Notes: a model not told the origin generated them from the sequence alone. 64,000 nucleotides of DNA from Trichoplax adhaerens (GCF_000150275.1 NW_002060947.1:4144335-4208334); one strand, 5' to 3'. Shown: positions 28,153 through 42,722, counted from the first letter of the stretch. Numbers and translations are program-made.

Positions 28153-28571
28153 AATCTTTGACGTTTTGCAATAAAATGGATGAAAAGTTTGAAAGTTAAA
28201 ATGGATTGACAATTGAAAAAGAAAGGAGAAAAATCAATACGTGTCCAATGATTGCAATAGCAGCCAATTGAATAACGAGCTAAAATGGTTTGAAAAGGCA
28301 GATTAGGAGTACTGTACTTTGCTGTCAAACCGTACTACTCGATTGTAGGTGAAATGACGATGAAATGGTCAATAAAGTTCATGGCCAGTAGTGGATTATC
28401 ATCTTTCTGTTGGATTCATTGAATTCAAATATCCATAAATGATTGCAGTGATAGTTGGACGGCTTGCACAGGGAATTCCACCGCTAGTCTTTTCGATTTT
28501 CACAGGCGAAAGAGTTTGTGTTCCGTTTGCAAGCTTAGCCACAGCCTTGTGCCACAGTCCAGCCGTACGGT

Positions 28572-29584
28572 ATGATGTCACTCAGCGGTACAGTGTACAG
28601 TAGATGATACTGTATGCAGAATGAAAGAACGTTTTCTAGCTTCAGCCTGTACAGTACAGTATGGAACTGTCACGTGTCCAGGTGATGTACAGTACAGTAC
28701 AGTACTGTACAGTACAGCAGGTCAATCGCTGAGTTTACCATCGCATACAGTACAATATACTGTAAAATGCAGTACTATGTACTGTACTATAAAGGTCAAA
28801 ACCCACAATACCCTGTACTGTACGCCAGTACGTAGCTTCAGCCTACGTACTGTACTGTACTGTACACTGTACAGTACAGTATAAGGAATTGTCACGTGTC
28901 CAAGTGGTGTACGATACTGCTCCCGTTTAGACGGTACAGTACAGTATGAACACTGCAGTAAAGTGTACTGTAAAATGCAGTACTATGTACTGTACTGTCG
29001 AGGTCAAAACGTCAAAACCCACAATACCTTGCACTACTGTGCACAGGACAGTACCGTATTGTACGCCTACTGTACTGTACTGTACAGTACAGTACAGTAC
29101 AGTACTGTAGAATGAAAGAAAGTTTTATAGCTTCAGCCTGTATGGAACTGTCACGTGTCCAGGTGGTGTGTACTCTACAGTGTACAGTACGGGCAGTACA
29201 GCAGTCAGATCTAACAGCAGGTCAATCGCTGAGTTTACCCTCGTGTACAGTGTACTGTACTGTAACAATCAATTCGTTACACTGTACTGCATTTGACAAG
29301 CTTTTACGGAATGCACGAATTACGCAGGCGCATTCCGCCAGAAGCTGAAGTGCGCATCCGCGTTCCGTTCCATTCCGTAGTTTACTGGGCACCGTGCAAA
29401 CCCACAATACCCTGCACTGTACTGTACAGTATTCTACTGTATAGTACAGTACTGTACTGTACTGTACTGTACTCGACTGGTCCAAACCCACAATACCCTG
29501 CACTACAGTATACAGTACACTGTACACTGTACACTGTAGTGACGTCACCATTCTCGACTCCCCCTCCAGGGTGAGTGACATCAT
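28572..29584. promoter_or_regulatory. Putative bidirectional promoter of MAP3K4/ASCC3 made of TACAG-rich modular repeats, bounded by a 13-bp inverted repeat
   Basis: ATGATGTCACTCA (28572-28584) and its exact reverse complement TGAGTGACATCAT (29572-29584). GTCACGTG E-boxes at 28669, 28891 and 29150. GTGACGTCAC at 29539-29548. AAACCCACAATACC four times; caggtcaatcgctgagtttacc twice. Confidence 0.65.
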
Positions 29585-29769
29585 TTCCTAATTTGGGAAA
29601 ATTGCTGACTACAGACAGAAGGACTGACTCTATGGATGCACATTCAGCACTTTTACACTTATAAAGCTCCAGTTCAAGGTACAGCCCTGTACATTGTACT
29701 GGATAGTGTAGTCTGCTACTGACAGCAAAGAAACTTTCTTTCATTGCTAATAACAACGCTGCTTTGCCA

Positions 29770-32700
29770 ATGGCCGATTTACAACTACCTCGATTTACTC
29801 AATCTTTACGTACATTCTCCAAAGTGGTCGATCCAACAGCTCATCATGGTCATCATGCCAGCGTTAGTCTTCAACAGAAACGTCAAGGTAAAAATAACAT
29901 TACCAATGCGATCACCTGGAAGCAATTGAATCAGTTAGGCCAATCTTTACCGGACAAGCTAGAGAAAGAGGTAGGTACAGTATCAAAAATGATATATCAT
30001 TAGCATGCAGTCTGATATACAGGACATCAAGATAAATAATAAATCCAAAGTTGACACAGTCAGTTACAATAGGATGTGTAGAGGATTCAAATTGAACTAG
30101 GACACCATCTTGCCATGTGAATGGACTTACCACATTATATTCTACTATACAAGTCTACAGTACAACTGTACATGTTGGAACAACGTGTGAAAATGCCAGC
30201 TAATTTCTACTTCAAAACATTCTCAACTTCAATTGATTCTCCGTCCATTTTTCCTTTAGGTTGCACCATTATTAAAGCAGTTGCTTTCTTGTGCCAATGA
30301 TCTTGGTAAGTGCTAACTTCATCAAAGTATCATTATTTCACTATTGCAATTGTCCCCATTTTTCCGTCTTGTTATCATCAATCAATTAATGCTTCTTTTG
30401 CATTGGACGTATGCGCAGAACAGCCATTCTACTGTGCAGTAGCGATCATGAATTTATTGTTGAAATCAAAATAGGCTAATTGGCAATGATGTATTGTACG
30501 TACACTATACCACCAAAGCATATATACAGAATATCTGCTTGATATATAAAACTACTTTATACCTTGAGCTAAAACAAGATTATACGAGCAACAGTATAAT
30601 AGTATTTGGAGTCAACCCAATCTACTATATTGTACAACAGTAGCTTTCAAAGAGTTGCACTCGTCAAACTATTACTGTATGTAGCTTGAAGTGATCCTGT
30701 CTTGCAATGACAGTATAATGCCACCAATACTCTTGTAGTCATGCATTGAACAAATATTTATTTCAGCAAGTAGTCACTACTATCGCTACAAAGGCTAGAA
30801 GAAGACCTATTTTATTGTTATACAACAAAACTGCTTGATAGACGTTATTATACATCAAGCAACCAGTGCTACATCAAGTATTGCGGTAGTAATACTACTA
30901 TTGACTGGCAAATCTTGTACTCTCATGTATTGATCACTTCTTACCATGCTTACAACGATGTTATCGTCAACTTTCTATACTAACCTGTATTATACTGAGC
31001 AAGTTGCGTTATATCATCTTCGATGTCTACAATAAACTTTTACTCTAATATCAACTCATTACTGTATATAACTGCATGTTGCCGAGAAATTGTACGGACA
31101 TGCTAAACTACGATCATTGAAAAGCATCATAGTTATACTGTATAGCTAACTAGCCCTATCTGTGGCGTTGATTCCTCACCTACCGGTTATCTCAAAAATT
31201 GGGACATGCCTTCCATCATTGGCAAACTGATACTTTTGTTTCCTTTTTGCTATCCTAAATACAATACAGTATAAGTATTACATGCCGGTACAATCAGTGT
31301 CTAGCATGACTTTTTATACTACAACTCTAATGATTATAATGATAGCGATCAAGTCTTCACATTCTAACGATGCTCGCAATTGTAGTGTAAAGGTAGCAGG
31401 CGATATTGACTCGGATGCGATTCTTGATCTATTTATAGCCTGTAATGAACTTGGAGAAGGAGCTAGCGCTGCTACCGCAGCCTTCCTCTTTGAGACGTTA
31501 ATCGATAGTCAACAAGTGGGCCGCCATGAAAGTGAGACGATACGTCGAGTTGTTGGCCCATTTCCTCAATCGTCTGCTAGTCAAGCCTGTAAAATTGTTC
31601 AACAACTTGTACATTTGATACCTGACCAACAAATGGACAAATTCAGAAATTTAAATAAGCCACTTTCGCAAAATCAAAATAATCCAATTGAATTTGGTAA
31701 AGGCATTAAGTTCACTTTTGCTGATTTAGATCAAGTGGATTATACTTCAAATGAAGGTAAGTAAACCTTGATGTCAGTTATAATCATCCTGAACGTAAAA
31801 AATATCTGTAAAATTCATTTCAATTTCGTTAATACATTCTAGTTATCTTAAAATAATATATCGATCTTGTTATTGGTATTGATTGAATTAGATTTGATCA
31901 AGATCATGACATTCCCTAGTACCGAAAATGATTTTCAGTTCGATATCGGTTACAAATCACCTCAGCAGGAATCAACGAAAATCCAGCAGAAAGATACGAC
32001 AGAGGAACCTATTGCATTACAGGGATTATGTAATCAGTATTTAAAGGATAAAGTAAAGGATGGATGGAAATTAGAAGATATTTGTAGCGTATTATTAGAT
32101 ATCCTACAATCGCCTAGAAGTAATGAAGACATTCAGTGCGAGGTAGTAAACTAATGGCGATGGTAAATTCACCGCCTATTCGTCATATATATTGGTAGTA
32201 TAATTTTATAACCTTTACCAGATAAATACCATTAACAAAAGATCTTATATTCTTTTAGCTTTGTGATATACTAGGATTGGACAAATTAGAATTTGCAATG
32301 CTATTATTAGAGAAGAGAACTGATTTAGTCCAATCGGCTAAGACGATAGATATGAGTAGAGGTAAAGCGATTTTTTGGTATGCTATTATAATATGTGAAC
32401 TAGATCTGCTACGATGTTGATAGATTAACATTAGGGCAATGCACCTTTATGCTTTGTCGTATAAACTTTTAAAAACAATTTCGTTCTTAAATACGCATTG
32501 CATGAGTACATGATTCTATTCTATTTATTGACAACGTCCATTGTAAGTAAAATGTACGTATTCGCCTGATTCTAGACTGTTATCAAAAGAATAACGCTAA
32601 TAGTCGATCGGATAGAAAGCCTGTTGTTGCCTCTCAAATAACTGTTCAGGTAGATTCACAAATTTGAGCTGATACAAAGTCAAAACAGATAGTTTTAAAT

Positions 32701-35700
32701 TTAGACTAATTAATCCAATGGCTTAAGGAATTTAATACGTGTTACTTCCTTTATAACTAGTCTGCATACGAGAAGCAATTAGCCAAAGTAATACAAAAAG
32801 AAGATCGCAAACTGAATCGAAACACTACACACAATCCGTCCAATGCTGATAATGATTTTATGGAATTTGATCCAGAATTTCTCCGGCAACAAAGGCTAGT
32901 CCAACCTTCAAGATACTTTTATACTTTAAGATTTGCGTTTATCATTTTATTTATATTTAAGAATATTCTCAACATTCATTAATCAAGGCATCATTTTAGA
33001 TGTTGTTAAAACAAGGGTATCAATAGCTTAAAATACTAATGATCTCCTTTGATTCTACAGAGAAATTCAATTGCAAGCTGCCAGTAGAAAATCGATATTG
33101 AGTCGATCTAGTGCGGCAGCTTCACGAAGGATAAAATATCCATACGTTTTTGATTCAATGTATGAAGCTCAGCAAACATCTGCATTTTTAGCTAATGTTA
33201 AGGTACTACAATTTATTAGCTAAATATCAAGTGTATTTTTAAATGAACTACAAAGTCGAAATTTGTTTGTACTAGGTGGCGTTACCAACAAATGCCAAGA
33301 GATCGTCCGATCAGTTATGCGAATCGGTCATGTTACCGTTTTCTGCTCCTGCACCACCTATGGAATGGGAAAGGAAAGTGCCTATAACAGCACTAGATGA
33401 AGTACTGTTCAAACGAATACTACATGATTGATCTTATTGTATAGATAGCAGAAATTTTTATTTTTTCTAATAAATTTATTGCAATTTAGATAGCGCAAAT
33501 GGCATTTACTGGTACAAAGTATCTGAATAGAATTCAGTCAATAGTTTACGAGAACGCTTATAATTCAAATGAAAATTTACTAATTTGCGCTCCAACTGGT
33601 GCTGGAAAAACTAATGTCGCCATGTTGACTATAATTAGAGAAATTCGCCAGCATATTTATAGTGGTGTTATTAAAAAGGATGAATTCAAGGTATGCATAT
33701 ATATATATATATATTTCTAATAAAAAAAACTAGTGTGAAATAATTTAATACTGTTAAATTATTGGGTTAGATTATTTACGTTGCTCCTATGAAAGCATTA
33801 GCTGCGGAAGTAGTGAGAAATTTTAGTAGTAGATTATCACCGCTTGGAATTAACGTTAGAGAGTTTACCGGGGATATGTCATTAACGAAACAAGAACTAG
33901 CGGCTACTCAGGTAAGTAAGAAATGATATTATGGCATAACGTTAGCCTTATAATACATTAAATGTAATACCATGGAGATTTTTACTGAACTTTATCCATT
34001 GAATTTAATAGATTTGTTGATTTTAACTTTAAAGTAATACTTGTCATTCGTCTATTGAAATTTAAAACTAGTTATTAATTTTCCCCTTAGATGATAGTAA
34101 CAACGCCAGAAAAATGGGATGTAGTCACTAGGAAAAATACTAGTGACTTTGTTCTTGTGCATAAAGTAAATTTAATAATACTTGATGAGGTACACTTATT
34201 ATATAACGATCGTGGAGCTGTAATTGAAAGTATAGTTGCTCGAACACTGCGACAGGTAAATATTACTATACAAGATGCAGTGTCGAATTTATTGTCAATA
34301 TTATAGAAAATATCTTGATCACAAACTTAAAGCGTTAATATGGAATAATGTACTGCAGGTTGAAGCCACGCAAAGGATGATTCGTATCGTTGGTCTTTCT
34401 GCAACATTACCAAACTATGAAGATGTTGCTTTGTTTTTACGTGTTAATCCTCATAGTGGATTATACTTTTTCGATAATCGCTTTCGTCCTGTGCCATTAA
34501 CTCAGCATTTTATTGGAATTAAATCAACAAACTATATACGACAAGCGGAAGATATGAATACCGTGTGCTATGACAGAGTACTTAAATATTTAAAGGATGA
34601 TAAGCAGGTAAGGGAAATTAACTTTTACGGAAAAAGTCGAAAAATTTTAAAAATTAATTAATGAATTATCTTTCGTTTACTTCTTAGGTTATGGTATTTG
34701 TTCATGCACGTAATGCAACCGTTAGAACTGCTAGAGCTCTGCATGATATTGCTTCAAATGGAAATGAATTGTCGTACTTTATACCTGAAAGAGATGTTGA
34801 TTATGGAAGATCAGAAAAACAGGTAACTCAATGTTATTATTGTATTACGCGTTATAATAATAATACTTATTATAGTAATTGTATTAATTGATTAAATAAC
34901 TTCTTATAGGTTATGAAATCTCGCAATAAGGAACTACGTGATTTATTTTTGGGTGGTTTTGGAATTCATCATGCGGGTATGCTCAGACAAGATCGTAATT
35001 TGGTTGAAAAGCTATTTTTAAACGGACACATTAGGGTATTGGTTTGCACAGCTACTCTTGCTTGGGGTATTAATTTACCAGCTCATGCTGTCATTATCAA
35101 GGTAGTGTAAAATTGATTGGTTTTGAAATTATTATATTATAACAATAAGACGATTTATATTTAAAGCGTATTGAAGCATAACCTTTTCAAATAATCTTAC
35201 ATTATTATTATTCATATATAGGGTACGCAAGTTTACGATTCCGGTAAGGGATCTTTCGTTGACCTTGATGTCTTGGATGTCCTTCAGATATTTGGTAGAG
35301 CTGGTAGGCCGCAATTCGATAATCATGGCGAGGGAACAATTATTACAACACATGATAAACTTGCCCATTATTTATCGGTTATAACACGGCAAAGACCGAT
35401 TGAAAGCGAATTTGAAAAGGGCTTGTTGGATAATTTAAATGCAGAAGTATGTAATATTTTCAATACTGATTTAGGTAGCATCAGTAGATAATATAATCTT
35501 ACTTGATCTAGAGATTTCTTAAAGCATTTTATATCATATTATCTATTGATTGATTGGAATCATGGTAGATTGCTTTAGGTACAGTGACCACAGTTGAAGA
35601 AGCGGTAAAGTGGCTAAGTTATACGTATTTATATATACGGATGGTACGAAATCCTTTAGCTTATGGTCTGTCTTATAATGTTCAAGAGGTAAATTATTGA

Positions 35701-38700
35701 AATTTTCTCGGTATTTTGTTGATCTATTTATGAAATGCAATAGCTAGTATAAAGTATAAATAATTTATTTTATTTTCTTTCTATGTAAAAAAGTCTGATC
35801 CTGGCCTAGATGAATATAGAAGAAATTTAGTTATAAAGGCAGCTCTAACACTTGATAAACTGCAGATGATTCGAATTAATAAAATCGATAAATTTAATAT
35901 TCAACTAATTTCCGTCGATATCGGAAGAATCGCCAGCCATTTCTACATTAAATATCAAACTATAGAGGTTATAACCTGACTTAATCTGATTAAATACATA
36001 TCGTTACCTAGGTAATATTGGCGATAACGTTTTATTATCAATGATTTTTAATGGTAACTATCTAGACATTTATGGAGTCGATTCAGCCTATAATGATCGA
36101 TGGTGACTTATTGACAATGATGTCTCGTTCTCACGAGTTTCAACAGTTAAAGGTAATTTGTAACTTGCTTCTTTTCTATGTGTTAATATCAAAGCCAAAT
36201 TTAGCCTTATTTCTATACCTAAACTTACATGCATATAATTCCAGTGTATAGAAAACGCACCTTTTACCATTATTTACGATTACACATTAACTACACATAC
36301 ATAGAATTGCTTTACATACTATTTTATAAATTTTTGTTTAGTTTCTTGAGTAATTGCTAATAATAAGTAACAAATACTGTAACATTGATCTAGAGTAAAG
36401 AATCTGCTAACATGTACTTTATTAGTTATTTAATACCGCTGATTTAAAATCTATCGTAAAGGTTCGCGAAGATGAAATGGAAGAATTACATTGCTTGTTA
36501 GATGGTTGTCCAAAAGAAGTTAAACAAGGAATTGAGAACTCCGATGGCAAAGTGAACGTTTTATTGCAAAGTTTTATATCACGAACATTTATCAATAGCT
36601 TCTCACTTACATCAGATTTTAATTATGTTGCCCAGGTATCTTTTTAAGTTATTGTCTTGACTATTTGCGCTAAAATACAGTTACTTGGGTGACCATATCA
36701 TCATGAATTAATTAAAAATATTTTAAAACGCACTATGTAGAATTCAACTCGTATTGCGCGTTCTTTGTTTGAAATGGCTATGTGTAATGGCTGGCCTTCC
36801 TTAGCCGAACAACTATTAAATATTAGTAAAATGATAGAAAGACGAATTTGGTCGTACGAACATCCTCTACGCCAAATTAATGCAATACCTGAAAATATCC
36901 TTAAAAAGATTGAAGAACGCAAAGCTAATGTTTTTCGCTTGAAAGATATGACTGCTTCAGAAATAGGTAGATATTCCCAATTTATTACACTTTTAGCGAT
37001 TATAACTGATCATATTATTTTATTGTTGTATTGCGTTCCGTGATACACATTTTAGGGCATTTGATAAGACATCCTGCGATGGGTAGTAAAATTAAGGAAT
37101 ACGTAGATCAATTGCCATCAGTTTCTCTAACTGTTACTATCCAACCAGTCACTCATCAAATTCTTAAGATAAGTTTATCTATAACGCCTGAATTTGAATG
37201 GAATGATCGCATTCATGGAAAAATTGGAGAACCTTGGTGGGTTTGGGTAGATTGTCCAAAACATAATCGCATGTATCATTCGGAGTATTTCCTGTTACAT
37301 AAGAAACAGGTAACTTAAGTATTTACAGATTAATCTTTGTTGCGGTGCATGTTGTATATTGAATACTAATGGTGTAAAATTGATTTACTGACAAACGATA
37401 TTGTAAATTTTCAATGTTTAGGTTTTACAGAAAGAGTCGCAAAAGATAGAATTTGCAATTCCATTAGCTCATCCGTTACCAAATCAGTACTTTGTTCATG
37501 TGGTTTCTGATAGATGGCTGAATTGTGAAGCTACCAGTGCTATATCGTTTAAACATCTTATATTGCCGGAACATTATCCACCGCATACGAAATTACTAGA
37601 ATTGCAACCCTTACCAATTATGGCGTTAAACAATGAAGACTATATCAATTTATATAATTTTACTCATTTCAATCCAATACAGACTCAGGTCTGTTAATTA
37701 TATATAATTGCTTGAAGGGTAATTCCAATTTTGTTGCATTGATTTTCATTCGTAATATTGCTACACATTTTAGGCGTTCCATACACTATATCACACTGAT
37801 CACAACGTTCTACTCGGAGCTCCTACTGGTAGTGGAAAAACCGTCGCAGCAGAAATTGCGATATTTAGAGTTTTTAATAACTATCCTAAAACTAAGGTAA
37901 AAAAATTAGATATCTAGTTGTATGCAATGCACTTGTGAAGTAAATAGCTTATCAATCTAACGTATATTAAAATGTATTTTTTTTGAATAAATGTACGTAT
38001 AAAGCGTAAATGAATTTACAACAAGGATAATTAACTCTAATGTGTTGATTTAGGCTGTTTATATAGCGCCATTAAAAGCCTTGGTTCGAGAGCGTGTCGA
38101 TGATTGGAAGATTAGGATTCAACAACGCTTGAAGAAAAAGTAACTTTTTATTATTATATGGTGCTATTTGTATTTAAATCTATGATGACGATATATTTAG
38201 TAAATATTTAATTTTCGGCAGTGTAATAGAACTAACTGGCGATGTTACACCGGATTCTCGCGCTATATCGAAAGCAGATTTAATTATTACAACTCCTGAA
38301 AAATGGGATGGAATTAGTCGAAGTTGGCAAACACGAAGCTATGTTAAAGCTGTGTCTCTAATTGTCATTGATGAAATTCATCTTCTTGGTGACGATCGTG
38401 GACCAGTATTAGAAGTCATTGTGTCACGAGCAAATTATATCTCTGCACATACCGACATTAAAGTTAGAGTAGTTGGATTATCTACCGCTCTTGCAAATGC
38501 ACGTGATCTTGCAGACTGGCTGAATATTGATGAAACTGGCTTCTTTAATTTCCATCCTGCAGTTAGACCAGTTCCATTAGAGGTACATATTAGTGGATTT
38601 CCTGGTAAACATTATTGCCCTAGGATGGCATCAATGAATAAGCCTGCTTACACAGCTATTAAGACATATTCTCGTGATAAACCTGTTTTAGTATTTGTAT

Positions 38701-40837
38701 CATCAAGAAGGCAAACACGCCTAACGGCGAATGATTTAGTTTCATTTTGTATTAATGATGAATTAAATAAGTCCTGGTTACATATTGCAGACGATGAGTT
38801 ACGAAATTATTTAGAACTTGTCAGAGATTCTAACTTACGTCACTCGCTAGAATTTGGCATAGGTTTGCATCACGCCGGTTTACACGAGGGTGATAGAAAA
38901 GTTGTCGAAGAATTATTTGTTCAACAAAAAATTCAAATTTTGATTGCTACAAGCACATTAGCATGGGGCGTTAATTTTCCTGCCCATTTGGTAATTGTTA
39001 AAGGTACAGAATATTATGATGGTAAGACTAAGCGTTATGTTGATTTCCCGGTAACTGATATATTACAAATGATGGGCAGAGCTGGTCGACCACAATTCGA
39101 TGATAGTGGTACTGCAGTTATACTTGTACACGATGTGAAAAAGAATTTTTATCTAAAATTTTTGTATGAACCATTTCCCGTGGAATCTAGCTTGTTACAA
39201 GTTTTACCTCAACATTTGAACGCTGAGATAGTTTCAGGCACAATCACTTCAAAACAAGATGCAATGGACTATATCACGTACACTTACTTTTTTCGTAGGC
39301 TGGTGGTTAATCCTAACTATTATCAATTAAATGATACTGACGTTAACGCCGTCAATAAATATCTATCTAATATTATTGAAGACGCTTTAACAGAATTATC
39401 GAATTCGTATTGTATCGAAATTGGCGATGATCGTTCTGTTGTTCCGCTTACATTAGGTTGTATTGCTTCATACTACTATTTACATCATTCAACTTTATAT
39501 TCGTTTAGTACCAATCTAGGCAGTAATACGACATTAGAAGATTTATTATTATTGATAACCAATGCTACAGAATATGAAGAATTACCGGTAAGGCATAATG
39601 AAGATATGCTTAATATGGAACTGGCAAAGAAAGTACCAATTGAAGTCGATTCAAATAGTTATGATTCACCGCATGTCAAAACACACTTGTTACTGCAAGC
39701 TCATTTTTCACGACAAGAATTACCAGTAGTCGATTACAGAACGGATACAAAGTCCGTTTTAGATCAAGCTGTTCGTATTATACAAGTAAGGGCAATATTT
39801 TATGATTGTTTAACAATAATAACATTAACAATAATATAACATTTTTTTTTTGTACTTTAGGCGTTGATTGATGTCGCAGCAGATGGTGGTTGGCTTGTTA
39901 TTGTGTTAAATGTGATTAATCTGTTGCAAATGGTAATACAGGGAAGATGGAGAAGAGATTCACCATTGCTGACATTACCAAATATCGATATGTCTGTTTT
40001 GCAAGTTCTAAAAGCTAATCGAAGTAAACAACGTGTACCAATTTTACCAGAATTAATTGAGTTTTATGGGAATGACAGGAAAGCATTCGATAACATCTTT
40101 ACCCCGGTTTTAAATCAACGCCAAACTGATGAAGTAAAATAAAATATATAAATTTTTTATTGTAATATTTATAGATATTCCCCCTTGATACGTAAGCATT
40201 GATCAATTCTTTATATATACGTTTTACTTAGCTCTTTTCTACGATCCAGCAGCTACCGCGTATAAATGTTGGTATTACTATTAAAGGTAGCTTTTTACCA
40301 AGTTATGAGGATGATTCCAATGAAAGTAGAATAGTTAAAGATGGTCATGATAGGAATTACTCATCTCAAACGGTTGATTGGATATCCGTCTGTAGTGACA
40401 GAGAATATACGTTGCAAATTAATTTGCATCGATTGATGTTTAAACGACAGGTTGGTTGCACTGCTAGGGTTAGCAAAATTTTAACTTTGTATCTTAGCTT
40501 GATAAAATATATATTTCTTAAGCGTGTATCTAATCAGCAAAGGTAAATGGCTCTATTCCTTTTCTAGCGCGATCGAGATATAGGAAAAGCGTATGCACCT
40601 CGATTTCCTAAAGCTAAAGATGAAGGATGGTTGCTGATATTAGGCGATACTGAAAAGAGAGAGTTATTAGCTTTAAAACGTGTATCTTATGTATCAAGGA
40701 AATTGACTACAATGATATCATTTTGTACACCGGAATTCGAAGGCCGTTATATCTATACGTTATATCTTTTAAGTGATAGTTATTTAGGTTTGGATCAACA
40801 GTTCGACATTAAATTAGATGTGCAATCATCCGAATAA
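29770..40837 (+). CDS. ASCC3: Activating signal cointegrator 1 complex subunit 3 (Ski2-like double-cassette helicase), multi-exon
   Basis: N-terminus [19 protein letters not shown] (human MALPRLTGALRSFSNV). Cassette 1: [35 protein letters not shown]. Cassette 2: [31 protein letters not shown]. Two Sec63 domains and C-terminal [10 protein letters not shown]. Confidence 0.97.
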
Positions 40838-42351
40838 AAACTGTTTGTATTTTCGAGTAAAAGCGAAATACTTGCGAATCTGAAGTATGTGCGAGCAAAA
40901 ATAATGATATAAAATTATGTTCAAAAATCAAACCAAATGAAAAAATTTTTAAATTTAATGTGAAACTGTTCGTATAACTGATCGGTTCAAAATCGATAGA
41001 TTATGGCAGTTATACGCGTTTGATTACATGATTTGTAATGAAATTTGATGCTTGAAATGTTCATTTGAGTATTTTATTTTCGAAAGTATATAGTTTTACT
41101 GATTTACTTGAATGGTTCCATAATAAAATTTGTCGACGATATTATAAGTAAGTTTTCAGCAATATAAGTTGATAACGTATTATCATATCATCTAATCTGA
41201 AATGCTGTATTAATTGTTGCTATGACTATGATATATAATTTATACAATTATTTAGAATAAAAAAGTAATTCTAATGACATTATAACTTGTTTTTCTTATT
41301 TATTTTTAATTTTTCTATTCATGATTACTCATTCAGTCAGTACAGAGATTACAAACGTAGGGCCATTATTTCTGCTGTCTTGGATTGTAATTCAACTTGC
41401 AGTCCAACATACTATATCTACCGATACCTTCGCCCAGCTGAGGTTTTACATCGGAAGATATACGGTACATTTACATACCAACCCTTAGTACATATTCTAC
41501 TTGAACTACTAAAAAAGGCCTATTTTAGTCTTTTAGTAGGTCATGATCATACGTACAACGAAGTGTTCTACGTCATATAGTGCTCGCTGTCTATTAATGA
41601 ATTATTAGTAAAACGCATATTTATTGTAATTAATTGCCTGAAATCATTCTACTGTAATAGAACTTTATGCGATCTGGAGATTTTCCACTCTTATTTAAAA
41701 AAAAGATCAGTATGGCACTGGTACAGAATTCTGCAACTGCGGAAGTACTATTAATTTTGTTGGTGATGATACGCTGGACTTTATTTGTTTTCGTATGAGC
41801 AATATTGATGGAAGTATGTTTATGTACGAAAACATGGATAGATCAATTCATATGCAGCAATGATCAAAGCCGTGCTATTATTTTTGGACTAATCGAATAG
41901 CTAGATACCGGTATTACCGGTATAACACCAGGTTATTAATGCTATTCAAGCTGTTTCAATGTTTACTTGTAGACTACTTTTATGTAAATTTGTATAATGA
42001 TCATTAGAAGGTATTTAGTTAAGTGTCTTGACAAGCATTAATAGGCGATTATACTGTCCATGTTGTATAGTGTCATCGTTAATGGAATATGGCCAAGGGA
42101 TAACGTACGATAAAAAAGATATGTTCGATATTGCAATGATCTGTAGATATCCAATTAACTTTTTGTATTGCCACACCAATGTTATAGTAGAAGTAATCAC
42201 GATAATTATGCTGCATATTGTTAGCAGTTGCAAGTTATAGTATCTCCTAGTACAGTATAAATAACCATACGTACTTGCTTGTGTCAATGAAGGCGTATAA
42301 TATGTATCCCTTTCTGTTTACATACGGTTACGGCTATTGATTAATATTCAT

Positions 42352-42722
42352 ATCAACCAGTTTATCTTGTCAATGCAGCCTGGTAATGTTTGTACTAACG
42401 ATTTCCATTCTCGGTGTCTGTATGGATAAGTATGGGTTATTGCCGATATCCATCTGTTAATGGCTAGTGATTGATTTTAGTATCAATCAGTTTATCTTGC
42501 TAATGCAGCCTAGTAGTTTGTGTTGTAGATTCCCATTCTAAGTGTCTGTATGGACAAGTATGGGTTATTGCAGATATCCATCTATTAACGGCTACTGATT
42601 AATTACAGTTTCGACCAGTTTATCTTGCCAATACAGTCTAGTAGTGTTTGTCCTGTTGATTTCCATTCTAGATATCTGTATGGATAAGTATGGGCTATTG
42701 CAGATATCCATCTGTTAATAGC
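42352..42722. repeat. Three diverged tandem copies of a ~130-bp unit
   Basis: cagtttatcttg...ccattct...tctgtatgga(t/c)aagtatggg(t/c)tattgc(c/a)gatatccatct(g/a)ttaa starts at ~42352, ~42482 and ~42610. Confidence 0.9.

Noticed and set aside
28621-29756. Several overlapping 78-124 aa ORFs (MKERFLASAC..., MKESFIASAC...)
   Set aside because: Repeat-derived, open on both strands, low complexity and without coherent gene structure.
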